Assembly: GCA_964441595.1 (NCBI GenBank) | Contig: CAYTXM010000002.1 | Location: forward strand, 1 to 37,183 | DNA: 37,183 bases | DNA from: an uncultured Candidatus Saccharibacteria bacterium | Lineage (GTDB): Bacteria; Patescibacteriota; Minisyncoccia; UBA6257 | Direction of reading: 5' to 3' | In this document: piece by piece, positions 25,501 through 33,896 of the stretch | How positions within the stretch are numbered: the first letter of the stretch is position 1 | How the letters are laid out: the number at the start of each line of letters is the position of its first letter | Translations under genes and position numbers: made by a program | Notes under the pieces: generated by a model | What the model was told of the DNA's origin: nothing | The model's input: the letters and a program-made list of their open reading frames with translations, nothing else | The model's database searches: none

Positions 25501-25778
25501 AAACGTAATTTTACACGAATAGTAGCTTCGTAATTTAATCCTTTTTCTTTAGCTTCAATTTCTGATATTTTTGGAGGTTCAAAATAATAATTTTCAAAAG
25601 CCAATTCTAAATCTTTACCCGTATAATCTCCTATTGGTAATAATTCTTTAAAAACCTCTTGTATCCCCTTTTCTAAAAACCACTGGAAAGAATCAGTTTG
25701 AAATTGAGTTAATCGTGGAGGCTTTAAAATGCCCCGAGAATGACGGGCAAAAGATTTTATTGTCGGTTGATTAGACAT
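22590..25778 (-). CDS. rpoB: DNA-directed RNA polymerase beta subunit (compact form)
   Basis: 1062 aa. Rif-region QLSQFMEQ-like stretch ([16 protein letters not shown]), GRHGNKGV, and a [20 protein letters not shown] C-terminal block. Confidence 0.95.
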   Translation of the reverse strand: [1062 protein letters not shown]

Positions 25779-25812
25779 CTAATAATAAAAAAGTTCCTAA
25801 TTATAATAGGTT

Positions 25813-26025
25813 TTAAAATTTTAGTGCGGATAAAATAGATTGAGATATTCTTTGCGAAGTAATACTTTTTTCTTTGGAAAAATCAACTTTCCAATCTTTA
25901 ATATTTGCAATCTTTATTTTATTCTTTTTTAAAAATTTGTCAAGCGTTTTAAGTAATTCATCACTTTTTTCCGCTTGAATGTGATATCTTTGTTTTTCAA
26001 TTGTATTAAAAGAAAGAAAAATCAT
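25813..26025 (-). CDS. Hypothetical 70-aa protein, possibly a degenerate TsaB/YeaZ N-terminal-like fragment
   Basis: I start at the ATG at 26025, which makes an ATGA overlap with the trmD stop. The track starts it at 26052. The pattern [28 protein letters not shown]....S.TS.RIS.SILSAL resembles the TsaB segment E.S..LLP.ID.LL......L.DLD...V..GPGSFTG.RIG...A..L, but the GPGSFTG box is not conserved. Confidence 0.45.
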   Translation of the reverse strand: MIFLSFNTIEKQRYHIQAEKSDELLKTLDKFLKKNKIKIANIKDWKVDFSKEKSITSQRISQSILSALKF

Positions 26026-26699
26026 ATCTTTTTTAAATGTTCGCGCCTCCATTCTTTAATTTTTTTGTGATTTCCTGAAAGCAAAATGCGAGGAACTCGC
26101 CAACTTATTTTCTTTTTCCCTTTGTCTGAATAAAAAATTTCCGGTCTTGTGTATTGAGGATACTCGCCTTTTCCCTCAAAATCTGTACTAAATGATTCTT
26201 CTAAAAGCGATTCTTTTTTAATAACTCCCGGAATAAAACGACTAACAGCATCAACTAAAATCATAGCTGGTAATTCTCCGCCTGTTAAAATATATTCACC
26301 AATAGATATTTCCTCATCAGAAATATACTTGGTAACCCTTTCATCAACCCCTTCGTAACGCGGACAAATAAGTATTAATTGGTCGTATTTAGATAATTGT
26401 TTTACTTTTTTTTGCGTTAATTTTTTTCCTTTTGCGGAAAAAAGAATAATACGGCGTTTTTTAATTGTTCTCTTTTTTAAATCTTTTATAGCTTTAAAAA
26501 TCGGCTCCACTTTAAAAATCATTCCCATACCCCCGCCATAAGGACAGCCATCAGTTGTTTGGTGTTTGTCTGATGTCCATTTTCGCAGATTATGAATATT
26601 AATCTTTATAAGCTTTTTCTTCTGCGCTTTTTTCAAAATAGAAGCATTAGCATATGAATCAAACATTTCAGGAAAAATTGTAAGTATATCAAACTGCAT
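26022..26699 (-). CDS. trmD: tRNA (guanine37-N1)-methyltransferase
   Basis: 225 aa. [13 protein letters not shown] start, YGGGMGM, and the [11 protein letters not shown] and GGELPAM knot motifs. Confidence 0.9.
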   Translation of the reverse strand: MQFDILTIFPEMFDSYANASILKKAQKKKLIKINIHNLRKWTSDKHQTTDGCPYGGGMGMIFKVEPIFKAIKDLKKRTIKKRRIILFSAKGKKLTQKKVKQLSKYDQLILICPRYEGVDERVTKYISDEEISIGEYILTGGELPAMILVDAVSRFIPGVIKKESLLEESFSTDFEGKGEYPQYTRPEIFYSDKGKKKISWRVPRILLSGNHKKIKEWRREHLKKI

Positions 26700-26750
26700 A
26701 ATAGTAAAGATAAAAAGGTAAGAAAATGTTGTTTAGAAAACAATAGCGTA

Positions 26751-26787
26751 TAAAAAATCGCAGTACCATTATAATACCGCGATTTTT
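26751..26787 (-). terminator. Rho-independent terminator after khpA
   Basis: Minus sense reads AUCGCGGUA-(9-nt loop)-UACUGCGAU followed by UUUUUUA. The stem has one G.U pair that would be an A.C mismatch on the plus strand, supporting minus-strand function. An upstream A-run could extend the stem. Confidence 0.75.
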
Positions 26788-26816
26788 GTTTTTTTTCAAT
26801 CACGCCTAAGCGTAAT

Positions 26817-27161
26817 TTAGAGTTTTAAGTCCTCAACAATATCATCTGCAGCTTTCTCTGCTTCTTTTGATGAATCATCGCTATCCTCTCGGCTTACTCT
26901 TGAAGAACCTTCCGGCTCTTCAATCTTGAGGTTAACTCGGGCTTTATTTTTTGCTCCAGCTACTTTCAAAATAGTCCTCAATGCTTTGGCCATTGAACCC
27001 TGTCGGCCTATAATTTGAGCCATGTCATTAGGATCTACTTTTAAAGAAAGGAGTACGCCCATTTCATCCACTTTTCGCTCTACCTTAACTGCATCTGGAT
27101 TGCTTGCAATGCTCTTCACTATGAATTCGAGCAATTGTTGGTCTACATGTGTATCTGCCAT
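26817..27161 (-). CDS. khpA: KH-domain RNA-binding protein (UPF0109/KhpA family) with an acidic C-terminal tail
   Basis: 114 aa. The KH core contains IIGRQGSMAKALRTIL (GxxG loop). The last roughly 35 aa are Ser/Asp/Glu-rich. Confidence 0.8.
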   Translation of the reverse strand: MADTHVDQQLLEFIVKSIASNPDAVKVERKVDEMGVLLSLKVDPNDMAQIIGRQGSMAKALRTILKVAGAKNKARVNLKIEEPEGSSRVSREDSDDSSKEAEKAADDIVEDLKL

Positions 27162-27237
27162 GATTTCAGAATTAATATTTTCTTAATTTAATAACTAAAG
27201 TAGCTATCGACCGCTCTGTTAGCCACTGAATGATTTA

Positions 27238-27266
27238 ATAATAAATTAGCAAAATCGAAAAGTCAA
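27238..27266 (-). promoter_or_regulatory. Sigma70-type promoter for khpA
   Basis: Minus sense reads TTGACT (27266-27261), exactly 17 nt of spacer, then TATTAT (27243-27238). The predicted 5'UTR of about 70 nt contains a 7-bp hairpin (27226-27200) with a G.U pair specific to the minus strand. Confidence 0.55.
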
Positions 27267-27282
27267 GTAATTAATAAGAACC

Positions 27283-27325
27283 TTTTCGCTTCGCTTCAGA
27301 ACCTTGTTTCTCGCTTTGCTCGAAA
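27283..27325 (-). repeat. Tandem-GA mini-hairpin motif, copies 3a (degenerate) and 3b
   Basis: In the minus sense, 3b (27325-27307) reads TTTC-GA-GCAAAGC-GA-GAAA and starts 4 nt after the smc stop. Copy 3a (27300-27283) reads TTCT-GAA-GCGAAGC-GAA-AAGG and has weak arms. Confidence 0.5.
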
Positions 27326-27329
27326 TAAA

Positions 27330-29432
27330 TTATTCTTCTGCTAAAGCTTCTGCTTCTTCTAGTTTTAATGAAAGGAGCTGAGAACTATCATTTCCCGATA
27401 AGGTTACCCCATAAATTATTTGGACAGCATTCATAGTCATTCTGTTATGAGTAATGATAATAAATTGGGTATTTTTAGTAAGCGCTTTTAAAATCTCAGA
27501 AAAACGAGCACTATTTTCTTCATCTAAAGCCGCGTCAATTTCATCTACAATGACCAGAGGGGAATCAGATTGATTAACCAAGGCAAAAAGAAGACAAGCA
27601 GTAATTAAAGTTTTTTCTCCGCCAGAAAGCATATCAATTCCTTTTAATTGCGTTTTTGGAATATTAATTTTAATATCAACCCCCCAAACAACATTATCAT
27701 TAATTTCTTGTTTTACCTGAACTAATTTAGCTGAACCGCCTTTAAATATAAGTTGAAAATAATTATTAAATTCTTGATTTATTCCATTAATCGCTTTGCT
27801 AAATTTCTCTTCTATCTGATTATTTAATTCTCTTATTAAGGAATTAAGATCTTCCACTCCTTTATTCAAATCGCCGGTTTGCTGATTTAAAAAGTCATAG
27901 CGATTAGAAACATCTGTATATTCATTTATTATATTCTCATCTTCTGCACCCATTTCTGATAATTCTTTTTTCATTCGCCAAATTTTGTTTTCTAATACAG
28001 AAAATTCATCTAAAGCGACTAATTGCGTATTTTTCTCATCCTGATAGAGTTTTTCAATATTCTGAAATTCAAATCCAGCCTCCCCTAATCGCCTTTTGAA
28101 ATCTTCTATACGCAAACGAAATTTTTCATTTAAAATTTCCTCTCTCTGCAACTCCCTGTACAATTTTTCTTTTTCTTCCCTTTTTGACTCTATTTCTTGA
28201 AACTTACTTCTAAAATTCAGGCCTCTTTTGTTTAATTCGTCTTGCAAATTACTTAATTGTTTATTCTTCTCATTTATCTCCATTTCGATCTTCTCCAGAT
28301 TTTTCTGAATTTCTTCAAGGTTTTCTCCTTTTTCCTCTTTCTGGTTTTCAGGATCAATTAAAGTGTCTATATTCTGAATTATATGCTTTATTTCTTTTTT
28401 TATTTCCTCTAAATTAAAAAGATTTAATAGGAGTTGTAATTTCTCTTTAACAGAAAAAATCCTTTTTTCAAGAGATTCTCCTGTAATATTTGATTTACTA
28501 CTCACTTCCTTTCTTCCTAAAGCCCTCAATTGGATTGATTTTTGGTTTTGAAGATCAATAATCTGTTGGGTAATGTCTTTCATCTTAATCTCCAGGTTTT
28601 TATCAAGTTTCTCATTTGATAAACCTATTTCTTTTTCTTTTTCCCTAATCCCACTTTCCAATTCCTCAATATCTTTTTTAATTTTATCAATGTCAATATG
28701 TGAATGAGTATTTTCTTGCAAAACTTGATGATAAATATTAACAAAATATTTTTTTTCTATCCCTAACAATTCATCTTTAATTTTTTCTCTCTTTTCCCAA
28801 CGATTAACTTGCCTTTTTAAAGAGCGTAGATGCGGAAGAATCTCCTGCTGGAGAGCTTGAGCTTTGTCTAAATTAATCAAAGTATTCTCTAGTTTTCTTT
28901 TTGCTTCTTCTTTTTTTATTTCTAAATTTTTTAATCCTAAATTTTCTTCTAGCATTATCCTTCTTTCTCGAGAAGAAACTTTCAAAATATCTCCAATAGA
29001 GCCCTGATTAATTATAAAAAGCCCTTTTAATCCTAATCTGGCCGCGGCAAGCGTTTCAACGATGTCTTTTAGGCGGCAAGATTGATGATTTAAAAAATAA
29101 CTATTATTATCTTCTTTATCAATCCTTCGTAAAATACTTAATTCGGAAACCTTTAAAGGAAAATTCTTTTTGTCGTTGTCAAATATCAATTCTACTTCAG
29201 CAAATCCAGCAGAAGAATTTTTATTTTTGCCAGAAAAAATTAAATCTCTGCCTTTTTCTGCCCGCAGATTTTTAAAACTTTGTTCTCCAAATGCCCAACG
29301 AACAGCATCAACAATATTGGATTTCCCAGAACCATTTGGGCCAACAATAGCTGTAAAAAGAAAGGGGAAATCCAAAACTGTTTTCCCTGAAAAAGATTTA
29401 AAATTCTTTAAAATAATACGCTTCAAAAACAT
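27330..29432 (-). CDS. smc: SMC-family ATPase, short form with no recognisable hinge
   Basis: I start at the ATG at 29432 (MFLKRIILKNFKSF), giving 701 aa and avoiding overlap with rnc. The N-head has FTAIVGPNGSGKSNIVDAVRWAFGEQS. The C-head has LSGGEKTL (signature) and LVIVDEIDAALD (Walker B). The middle is heptad-like coiled coil only. Confidence 0.8.
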   Translation of the reverse strand: MFLKRIILKNFKSFSGKTVLDFPFLFTAIVGPNGSGKSNIVDAVRWAFGEQSFKNLRAEKGRDLIFSGKNKNSSAGFAEVELIFDNDKKNFPLKVSELSILRRIDKEDNNSYFLNHQSCRLKDIVETLAAARLGLKGLFIINQGSIGDILKVSSRERRIMLEENLGLKNLEIKKEEAKRKLENTLINLDKAQALQQEILPHLRSLKRQVNRWEKREKIKDELLGIEKKYFVNIYHQVLQENTHSHIDIDKIKKDIEELESGIREKEKEIGLSNEKLDKNLEIKMKDITQQIIDLQNQKSIQLRALGRKEVSSKSNITGESLEKRIFSVKEKLQLLLNLFNLEEIKKEIKHIIQNIDTLIDPENQKEEKGENLEEIQKNLEKIEMEINEKNKQLSNLQDELNKRGLNFRSKFQEIESKREEKEKLYRELQREEILNEKFRLRIEDFKRRLGEAGFEFQNIEKLYQDEKNTQLVALDEFSVLENKIWRMKKELSEMGAEDENIINEYTDVSNRYDFLNQQTGDLNKGVEDLNSLIRELNNQIEEKFSKAINGINQEFNNYFQLIFKGGSAKLVQVKQEINDNVVWGVDIKINIPKTQLKGIDMLSGGEKTLITACLLFALVNQSDSPLVIVDEIDAALDEENSARFSEILKALTKNTQFIIITHNRMTMNAVQIIYGVTLSGNDSSQLLSLKLEEAEALAEE

Positions 29433-29442
29433 AGAAAATACT

Positions 29443-30144
29443 TTATGCCCATTTCTTTTTAGACAAAGCCTTTTTAGCGGCATTCACCTCTGCTTCCTGT
29501 TTAGAATGGCCCTCGCCTTTAGTAATAAGTTCCTTCTTAAAATATACGCCGACTCGAAATTTCTTTAAATGATCTGGTCCCCAACTTTCTAATGTTTTAT
29601 AAATCGGGGTAACGCTTAAATTCGCTTGGCTTTTTTCTTGTAAGACGCTTTTTGAGTCTTTATATGACTCAGTTCTAAAAATTTTTTCAGTTTTGGATAA
29701 AATATGTTTTGTTACAAATTCTTTAGATTTATCAAACCCCTTATCTAAATAAATAGCTCCTATAATCGCTTCTACAGCATTAGCTAAAAAATATGGATGA
29801 GTTTTTTCTAGCTCATCTTTTTCTCCTTTGGAAACTAAAATATATTTTTTTAAATTTAATTTATCAGCTACATCTAATAAAGAATCACTATTGATTAAGG
29901 CTGCTCTTAAAGCTGTTAAATCTCCTTCTCTTAATTCTAAAAATTCTTTGAATAAATACCTGGCAACAATTAATCCTAAAACTGAATCTCCCAAAAACTC
30001 CAATCTTTCATTATGCCCGATTTTCAGCCATTCTTTATTTTCATTCAAAAAAGACCGGTGAGTTAATGCCCGTTTAAATAAATCTAAATCATTAAATTCT
30101 AATCCTAGAGTTTTCTGAATTTTATAAAAATCAACTTGAATCAT
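29443..30144 (-). CDS. rnc: Ribonuclease III
   Basis: 233 aa. ALTHRSF, the [13 protein letters not shown] catalytic signature, and a C-terminal dsRBD (GPDH.K.F.V...GEG.SKQEAE..AA). Confidence 0.9.
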   Translation of the reverse strand: MIQVDFYKIQKTLGLEFNDLDLFKRALTHRSFLNENKEWLKIGHNERLEFLGDSVLGLIVARYLFKEFLELREGDLTALRAALINSDSLLDVADKLNLKKYILVSKGEKDELEKTHPYFLANAVEAIIGAIYLDKGFDKSKEFVTKHILSKTEKIFRTESYKDSKSVLQEKSQANLSVTPIYKTLESWGPDHLKKFRVGVYFKKELITKGEGHSKQEAEVNAAKKALSKKKWA

Positions 30145-30583
30145 TCTTTTCTTTTTTACAAATAACCTCTTCCATCTCCCGATAAACTGTTCCTAATACT
30201 CCATTTACAAAACGACGCGAAGAATCACCACCAAAAGTTTTAGCTAATTCTACACATTCATTAATCGCAACTTTTGGGGGAACTTCTTTTGAATCAGCAA
30301 ACAATAATTCAAAAATTCCAATTCTTAGAATATTTCTGTCAATGATATTAATTTGACCTAATGGCCATTCAGGAGCTCCAGAAAGAATTAATTTATCTAA
30401 TTTGGCTTGTTGAGCTAATATACCGTTTAAAAGCTTTTCTGGATATTGTTTATTAGGCAATCCATCGCCTAATAATTTCAAGTTCCTTTGAAATATCTCC
30501 ATTATATTTTTCTCTTTTTTTGAAAAATCCCATTCATAAAGAGTCTGTAAGACAATGGAGCGGGAAAGATGTCGGGAGCCCAT
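30131..30583 (-). CDS. nusB: Transcription antitermination factor NusB
   Basis: 150 aa. SR...[10 protein letters not shown] start and the ...A.NE.VELAK.FGG......FVNGVL block. Confidence 0.85.
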   Translation of the reverse strand: MGSRHLSRSIVLQTLYEWDFSKKEKNIMEIFQRNLKLLGDGLPNKQYPEKLLNGILAQQAKLDKLILSGAPEWPLGQINIIDRNILRIGIFELLFADSKEVPPKVAINECVELAKTFGGDSSRRFVNGVLGTVYREMEEVICKKEKNDSS

Positions 30584-30589
30584 AAGAAT

Positions 30590-30610
30590 AATTTTAAATT
30601 TTAAATTTTA
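30590..30610. repeat. AT-only heptamer microsatellite, (AATTTTA)x3
   Basis: Three exact AATTTTA units fill most of the rpmF-nusB spacer. They are flanked by inverted AAGAAT (30584-30589) and ATTCTT (30612-30617). Confidence 0.6.
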
Positions 30611-30622
30611 AATTCTTAAAGC

Positions 30623-30856
30623 CTAATCCTTTTTTTCAATTTCTTTTTGCTTTAATTTCTTCTCTTTCTTAGAAAGTCCTTTTAACACATCAATGACTTC
30701 CTTCTCTTTGTAATAACCACAATAAGGACAAACACGATGAGGCATTATCATTTCCTTACAATGAGAACATTTAATAAAATTAAGCGGCTTAAGCGCTAAA
30801 TGAGATCGACGTTTATTAACCCTGGAACGGCTATGATGACGAGCTGGAACACCCAT
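30623..30856 (-). CDS. rpmF: 50S ribosomal protein L32
   Basis: 77 aa. MGVPARHHSRSRVNKRRSH start and a C..C...C..CG zinc ribbon. Has a Lys/Glu-rich C-terminal tail. Confidence 0.85.
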   Translation of the reverse strand: MGVPARHHSRSRVNKRRSHLALKPLNFIKCSHCKEMIMPHRVCPYCGYYKEKEVIDVLKGLSKKEKKLKQKEIEKKD

Positions 30857-30874
30857 GATAATAAATTGCTAAAC

Positions 30875-30917
30875 TGTTAAATTGTTAGCTGTTAATTGTT
30901 AGTTGTTAGTTATTGTT
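30875..30917. repeat. Imperfect heptamer array, TGTTARY x5-6 (minus sense RYTAACA), upstream of rpmF
   Basis: Plus strand reads TGTTAAAT TGTTAGC TGTTAAT TGTTAGT TGTTAGT TATTGTT. The array lies 19-61 nt upstream of the rpmF ATG. Confidence 0.6.
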
Positions 30918-30958
30918 TTGATTTTAAAGATTAACACAAAGAGCTTTAAAGGGCAAAT

Positions 30959-33859
30959 TTAAGTAGTCTTTTCTAAACTAATGTTTATTTTTTTGTTATC
31001 TAATGTTATCTCCCCTTTGAAATCAAGCTCTTCAACTTTATCCCAAATAATCTTTTCTATCCGCAACCCTTCTTTTATTTGATTCTCGTTCTTCTTTAAT
31101 AATTCTATTATTGAATTTTCGCCTTTAAAACAAATGATTATTTTATCAGAAGAAAATAATTTGGATTTTCGACGAAAAATTTGAATTTGCCTAAAACAAT
31201 CACGGATTATACCTTCTTCTTTAAGTTCTGGCGTAATATTAATATCTATTTCCACTTCCTCTTTCAATTTATTATCAAAGGTAATTTGTTTAACATTCAC
31301 TTCATCTTTAATTAACTCAAGCAATTCTTTTTTATCTTTCAGTTCACAATTTTTTATTCTTAATTCCTTCAATGGTTGTCTTACTTTTATACCTGCATGG
31401 GCTCTTTCTGCTAAAGCCAATGAAACAATTATTCGAACCTTTTCCATGTTTCCTTCCAAAGATTTATCAATTAATTTTTTATTAACTCTGGGATAATCAC
31501 AAAGATGTACAGATTCTAAATCTTTTTTATCTTTTAAGCTTTGGTAAATTTGTTCGCTAAAAAATGGTATAAATGGAGCTACTATTTTGCTTAAATTAAA
31601 TAAAACATATTTTAAAACCTGCGACACTTCTTTTTTCTCTTTACTGTCTTTAAATCTCTCCCTGGATCTTCTTAAATACCATGTTGAAAGATCGGCAATA
31701 AATCTTTCTATGGGCCTTACAGCTTTTAACAAATCGTATTTCTCCATTTCTTTGCTAACCTCCTCGTTTAAAGAGTTTAATTTAGACAAAATCCATTTAT
31801 CTAAGATATTATCGACGGTATCAATATCTAATTCCGCGCTTTCTTCGACATATAATTTATAGAACGTATGAACATTCCAAAAAATTATTAAAACTTTTTT
31901 TAATACTTCATCAACTCCATCTTCGGAAAAACACAGATCATCAGCTTTAATGGCTGGACTGGTCAAAAGATAAAAACGCATAGCGTCAGCACCGTATTTA
32001 TCAATAATTTGCATTGGCTCGGGATAATTTTTCAAACGCTTGCTCATTTTTTGGCCATCCTCAGTCAAGATTATGCCATTAACAATATTATTAAGAAAAG
32101 CCGGCTTATCAAATAAAGCAGTGGACAAAACCATTAAAGTGTAAAACCATCCTCTCGTTTGGTCTATTCCTTCAGCTACAAATTGAGCTGGAAAATTCTT
32201 TTCAAATGATTCTTTATTCTCAAAAGGATAATGAGCTTGAGCATATGGCATTAAACCAGATTCAAACCAACAATCAAAAACTTCCGGAATTCTTTTCATT
32301 AAACCGCCACATTTTTCGCATTTAAAACTAATCTCATCAATATAAGGCCTATGAAGGTCTTTTATTTTCTTATTGCTCAATTTTTCCAACTCTTCTATAG
32401 AGCCAATTGCTTTAATATTATTACAGGCATTTATATAATCGCCTTTTGCTCCGCTGCATTCCCAAATTGGCAAAGGGGTTCCCCAATAACGAGAGCGTGA
32501 AATTGACCAATCTCTTATCCCCTCTAACCACTTGCCGAAACGTCCATGCTTAATATGCTCAGGAACCCAGTTTATCTTCTCATTATTTTTTATAATTTTA
32601 TCTTTTATGGCAGTAACTTTTACAAACCACGAAGATGTCGCATAATTTAAAAGTGGAGTATCACATCTCCAGCAAAAAGGATAGCTATGAATAATTTTTT
32701 CTTGAAATAATAATTTATTTTTTTCTTTTAGCCATTGAACAACTTTTCTATCAGTTTTGGAGATATCGTCTTTTGGCTTCACATCTTCTCCTGCCCATTC
32801 TGTAACTTCATCAACAAAACAACCGCTTTCATCAACATGCTGAATAAAAGGAAGATTTTTTAAATATCCAAGCTTCAAATCATCTTCGCCAAAAGCCGGA
32901 GCAATATGAACAACACCAGTCCCTTCTTCTGTAGAAACAAAATCAGCGTCATATATTTTCCATCCGTTTTCTGTATTTTCTAAATCATCTTTTTTTGAAA
33001 AATAATCAAATAAAGGCTCATATTCCAATCCAACCAAATCTTTACCTTTTATCTGCTCAATAATTTTGTATTCATCTTTAATAATTTCTAATCTATCTTT
33101 GGCTAAAATGAAAAATTCTTTATTAATTTGTATTTTTACATAGTCAATGGTTTTTCCTACTGCTAAAGCTACATTACCGGGCAAAGTCCATGGGGTAGTT
33201 GTCCATACTAAAATAAAAGTATCTTCTTCATTCTTAAGCTTAAATTTAATCGTGACAGTTAAATCTTCAACATCTTTATACCCCTGAGTAACTTCAAAAT
33301 TAGAAAGGGTTGTTCCGCAACGGGGGCAAATGTGCATACTTTTATAATCCTTATAAATTAATCCTTTAACCCATAACTGTTTAAATGCCCACCAAACAGA
33401 TTCCATATAATCAAAATCCATTGTTTTATAAGGATGCTCCATATCAACCCATCGCCCTATCCGTGGAATAATTTTTTTCCATTCGTCAACATAACCCAGG
33501 ACCCTCTCTTTGCAAGCTTGATTAAATTTATCTATGCCAATGGATTCAATGTCTTTTTTATTTTTTAAACCTAATTCTTGCTCAATCAAGTTTTCAACCG
33601 GCAAGCCATGACAATCCCAACCCCAACGCCGTTCTACGCGAAAACCTTTCATCGTCCAATACCGGGGAACAACATCTTTTACTAAAGAAGCAAGAATATG
33701 CCCATAATGAGGAGAACCCGTCGCAAAAGGAGGGCCATCAAAAAAAACATAAGATTTCTCTTTCGGTCTTTGCTCTATTGATTTCTCAAAAATTCTATTT
33801 TCCTCCCAAAATTTCAAAATCTCTTTTTCTTTTTGAATAAATTCTAAAGTCTTTTTCAT
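30959..33859 (-). CDS. ileS: Isoleucyl-tRNA synthetase (type 2-like motifs)
   Basis: 966 aa. PPFATGSPHYGH (HIGH), GWDCHGLPVE, the CP1 editing domain, and KMSKRLKN (KMSKS). Confidence 0.9.
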   Translation of the reverse strand: MKKTLEFIQKEKEILKFWEENRIFEKSIEQRPKEKSYVFFDGPPFATGSPHYGHILASLVKDVVPRYWTMKGFRVERRWGWDCHGLPVENLIEQELGLKNKKDIESIGIDKFNQACKERVLGYVDEWKKIIPRIGRWVDMEHPYKTMDFDYMESVWWAFKQLWVKGLIYKDYKSMHICPRCGTTLSNFEVTQGYKDVEDLTVTIKFKLKNEEDTFILVWTTTPWTLPGNVALAVGKTIDYVKIQINKEFFILAKDRLEIIKDEYKIIEQIKGKDLVGLEYEPLFDYFSKKDDLENTENGWKIYDADFVSTEEGTGVVHIAPAFGEDDLKLGYLKNLPFIQHVDESGCFVDEVTEWAGEDVKPKDDISKTDRKVVQWLKEKNKLLFQEKIIHSYPFCWRCDTPLLNYATSSWFVKVTAIKDKIIKNNEKINWVPEHIKHGRFGKWLEGIRDWSISRSRYWGTPLPIWECSGAKGDYINACNNIKAIGSIEELEKLSNKKIKDLHRPYIDEISFKCEKCGGLMKRIPEVFDCWFESGLMPYAQAHYPFENKESFEKNFPAQFVAEGIDQTRGWFYTLMVLSTALFDKPAFLNNIVNGIILTEDGQKMSKRLKNYPEPMQIIDKYGADAMRFYLLTSPAIKADDLCFSEDGVDEVLKKVLIIFWNVHTFYKLYVEESAELDIDTVDNILDKWILSKLNSLNEEVSKEMEKYDLLKAVRPIERFIADLSTWYLRRSRERFKDSKEKKEVSQVLKYVLFNLSKIVAPFIPFFSEQIYQSLKDKKDLESVHLCDYPRVNKKLIDKSLEGNMEKVRIIVSLALAERAHAGIKVRQPLKELRIKNCELKDKKELLELIKDEVNVKQITFDNKLKEEVEIDINITPELKEEGIIRDCFRQIQIFRRKSKLFSSDKIIICFKGENSIIELLKKNENQIKEGLRIEKIIWDKVEELDFKGEITLDNKKINISLEKTT

Positions 33860-33867
33860 ATCTCTTT

Positions 33868-33896
33868 ACTTTATCGCAAAATAGACAAAAAATCAA
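33868..33896 (-). promoter_or_regulatory. Candidate ileS promoter, possibly giving a leaderless mRNA
   Basis: Minus sense reads TTGATT (33896-33891), a 17-nt spacer, TAAAGT (33873-33868), then 8 nt to the ATG at 33859. Confidence 0.3.

Noticed and set aside
30584-30622. The AAGAAT...(AATTTTA)x3...ATTCTT spacer as a terminator or large palindrome
   Set aside because: Only the outer 6 nt are complementary. The interior is a direct repeat, not an inverted one, and is all A/T, so no stable stem forms. I keep it only as a microsatellite feature.
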